From Gemmatimonadota bacterium (GTDB taxonomy: Bacteria; Gemmatimonadota; Gemmatimonadetes; Longimicrobiales; Gaopeijiaceae): a DNA stretch of 26,737 bases. Numbering within the stretch: the first letter of the stretch is position 1; every line of letters begins with the position of its first letter. The stretch covers positions 1 through 26,737 of the forward strand of contig PWLA01000155.1 in the NCBI GenBank assembly GCA_003559555.1, given 5' to 3'. The notes beneath the pieces are model-generated. The model worked only from the letters and a program-made list of their open reading frames with translations, made no database searches and had not been told where the DNA came from. Shown piece by piece: positions 26,543-26,737 of the stretch. The translations under genes and the position numbers were made by a program.

Positions 26543-26612
26543 CTTCCAAGGAAGCACCACCCCTGTTCCACCCGAGATGGCCCCCGGAGCATCGTGGTGG
26601 TGAGGCTTGAGG
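26543..26612. repeat. Module B repeat, copy 2, inverted relative to copy 1 at 56-121
   Basis: 26556-26608 is the exact reverse complement of 59-111. The upstream flank, read on the minus strand, is a degenerate A-like segment. Confidence 0.7.
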
Positions 26613-26656
26613 GCCGGAGGGCGACGGGCGCTCCCACACCATGGTGGCCCCCCAAC

Positions 26657-26729
26657 CCGGGCAAAATGTGAAATTCTTCCCCCTCCGCAACGTTCCGTTC
26701 GACATTTCCCCCGGTTTCCGGGCAAAATG
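26657..26729. promoter_or_regulatory. Two direct copies of ccgggcaaaatg (26657-26668 and 26718-26729), 61 nt apart, upstream of the rpiA operon; candidate operator or promoter-associated repeats
   Basis: An exact 12-mer is duplicated within the lowest-GC tract of the rpiA 5' region. Read on the minus strand it is cattttgcccgg. A cccgg-aaa-ccggg hairpin overlaps the distal copy. Confidence 0.3.
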
Positions 26730-26737
26730 CAGAACGG

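Noticed and set aside
56-26612. Whole window as a composite transposon or genomic island bounded by inverted module B copies
   Set aside because: The repeats are only about 55-65 nt. No transposase, integrase or tRNA target is present. The cargo is core metabolism (rpiA, rpe, pdxH, trmH, pfp) with uniform GC. The repeats are kept only as a possible inversion substrate.
1-26737. CRISPR array, rRNA/tRNA genes, toxin-antitoxin pairs, retron/DGR reverse transcriptase
   Set aside because: No regularly spaced short direct repeats, no tRNA cloverleaf candidates or rRNA-like conserved stretches, no small adjacent ORF pairs with TA character, and no RT motifs (YxDD) in any supported ORF.

Overview
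This is a high-GC (about 70%), gene-dense bacterial chromosomal window with Gram-negative envelope features: an outer-membrane beta-barrel, a PagL-like lipid A deacylase and an NfeD/flotillin pair. I support 22 protein-coding genes and found no rRNA, tRNA, CRISPR array, transposase or integrase. Most genes are housekeeping or envelope functions (rpiA, rpe, pdxH, trmH, a PPi-type phosphofructokinase, an acyltransferase).

The most unusual organisation is on the minus strand at 17.8-26.3 kb. Seven genes (rpiA, rpe, Hpt, a stand-alone receiver, a 1134-aa hybrid sensor kinase with a 7TM N-terminal domain, a class II CPD photolyase and an SRPBCC-TIGR01777 fusion) are chained by 4-nt ATGA or 1-nt TGATG start/stop overlaps. 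This places a complete His-Asp-His-Asp phosphorelay and a photolyase inside a pentose-phosphate operon.

Other notable items:
- One 1108-aa ORF is an internal tandem duplication of an M14 (HGDE-motif) carboxypeptidase, with both catalytic motif sets intact.
- A DUF5996 gene is translationally coupled to the PagL-like acyloxyacyl hydrolase.
- An ankyrin-repeat gene overlaps the PPi-PFK gene.
- A family of short dispersed non-coding repeats (modules A, B and C) occurs in the longest intergenic regions. One MITE-like copy with about 30-bp terminal inverted repeats lies at 7910-8185, and module B is present in opposite orientation near both ends of the window.

Several long 'ORFs' in the six-frame track are antisense or out-of-frame artefacts of the GC content. 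Many track 'M' starts are GTG or TTG codons. Start sites were re-evaluated by eye using Shine-Dalgarno context and homolog N-termini.
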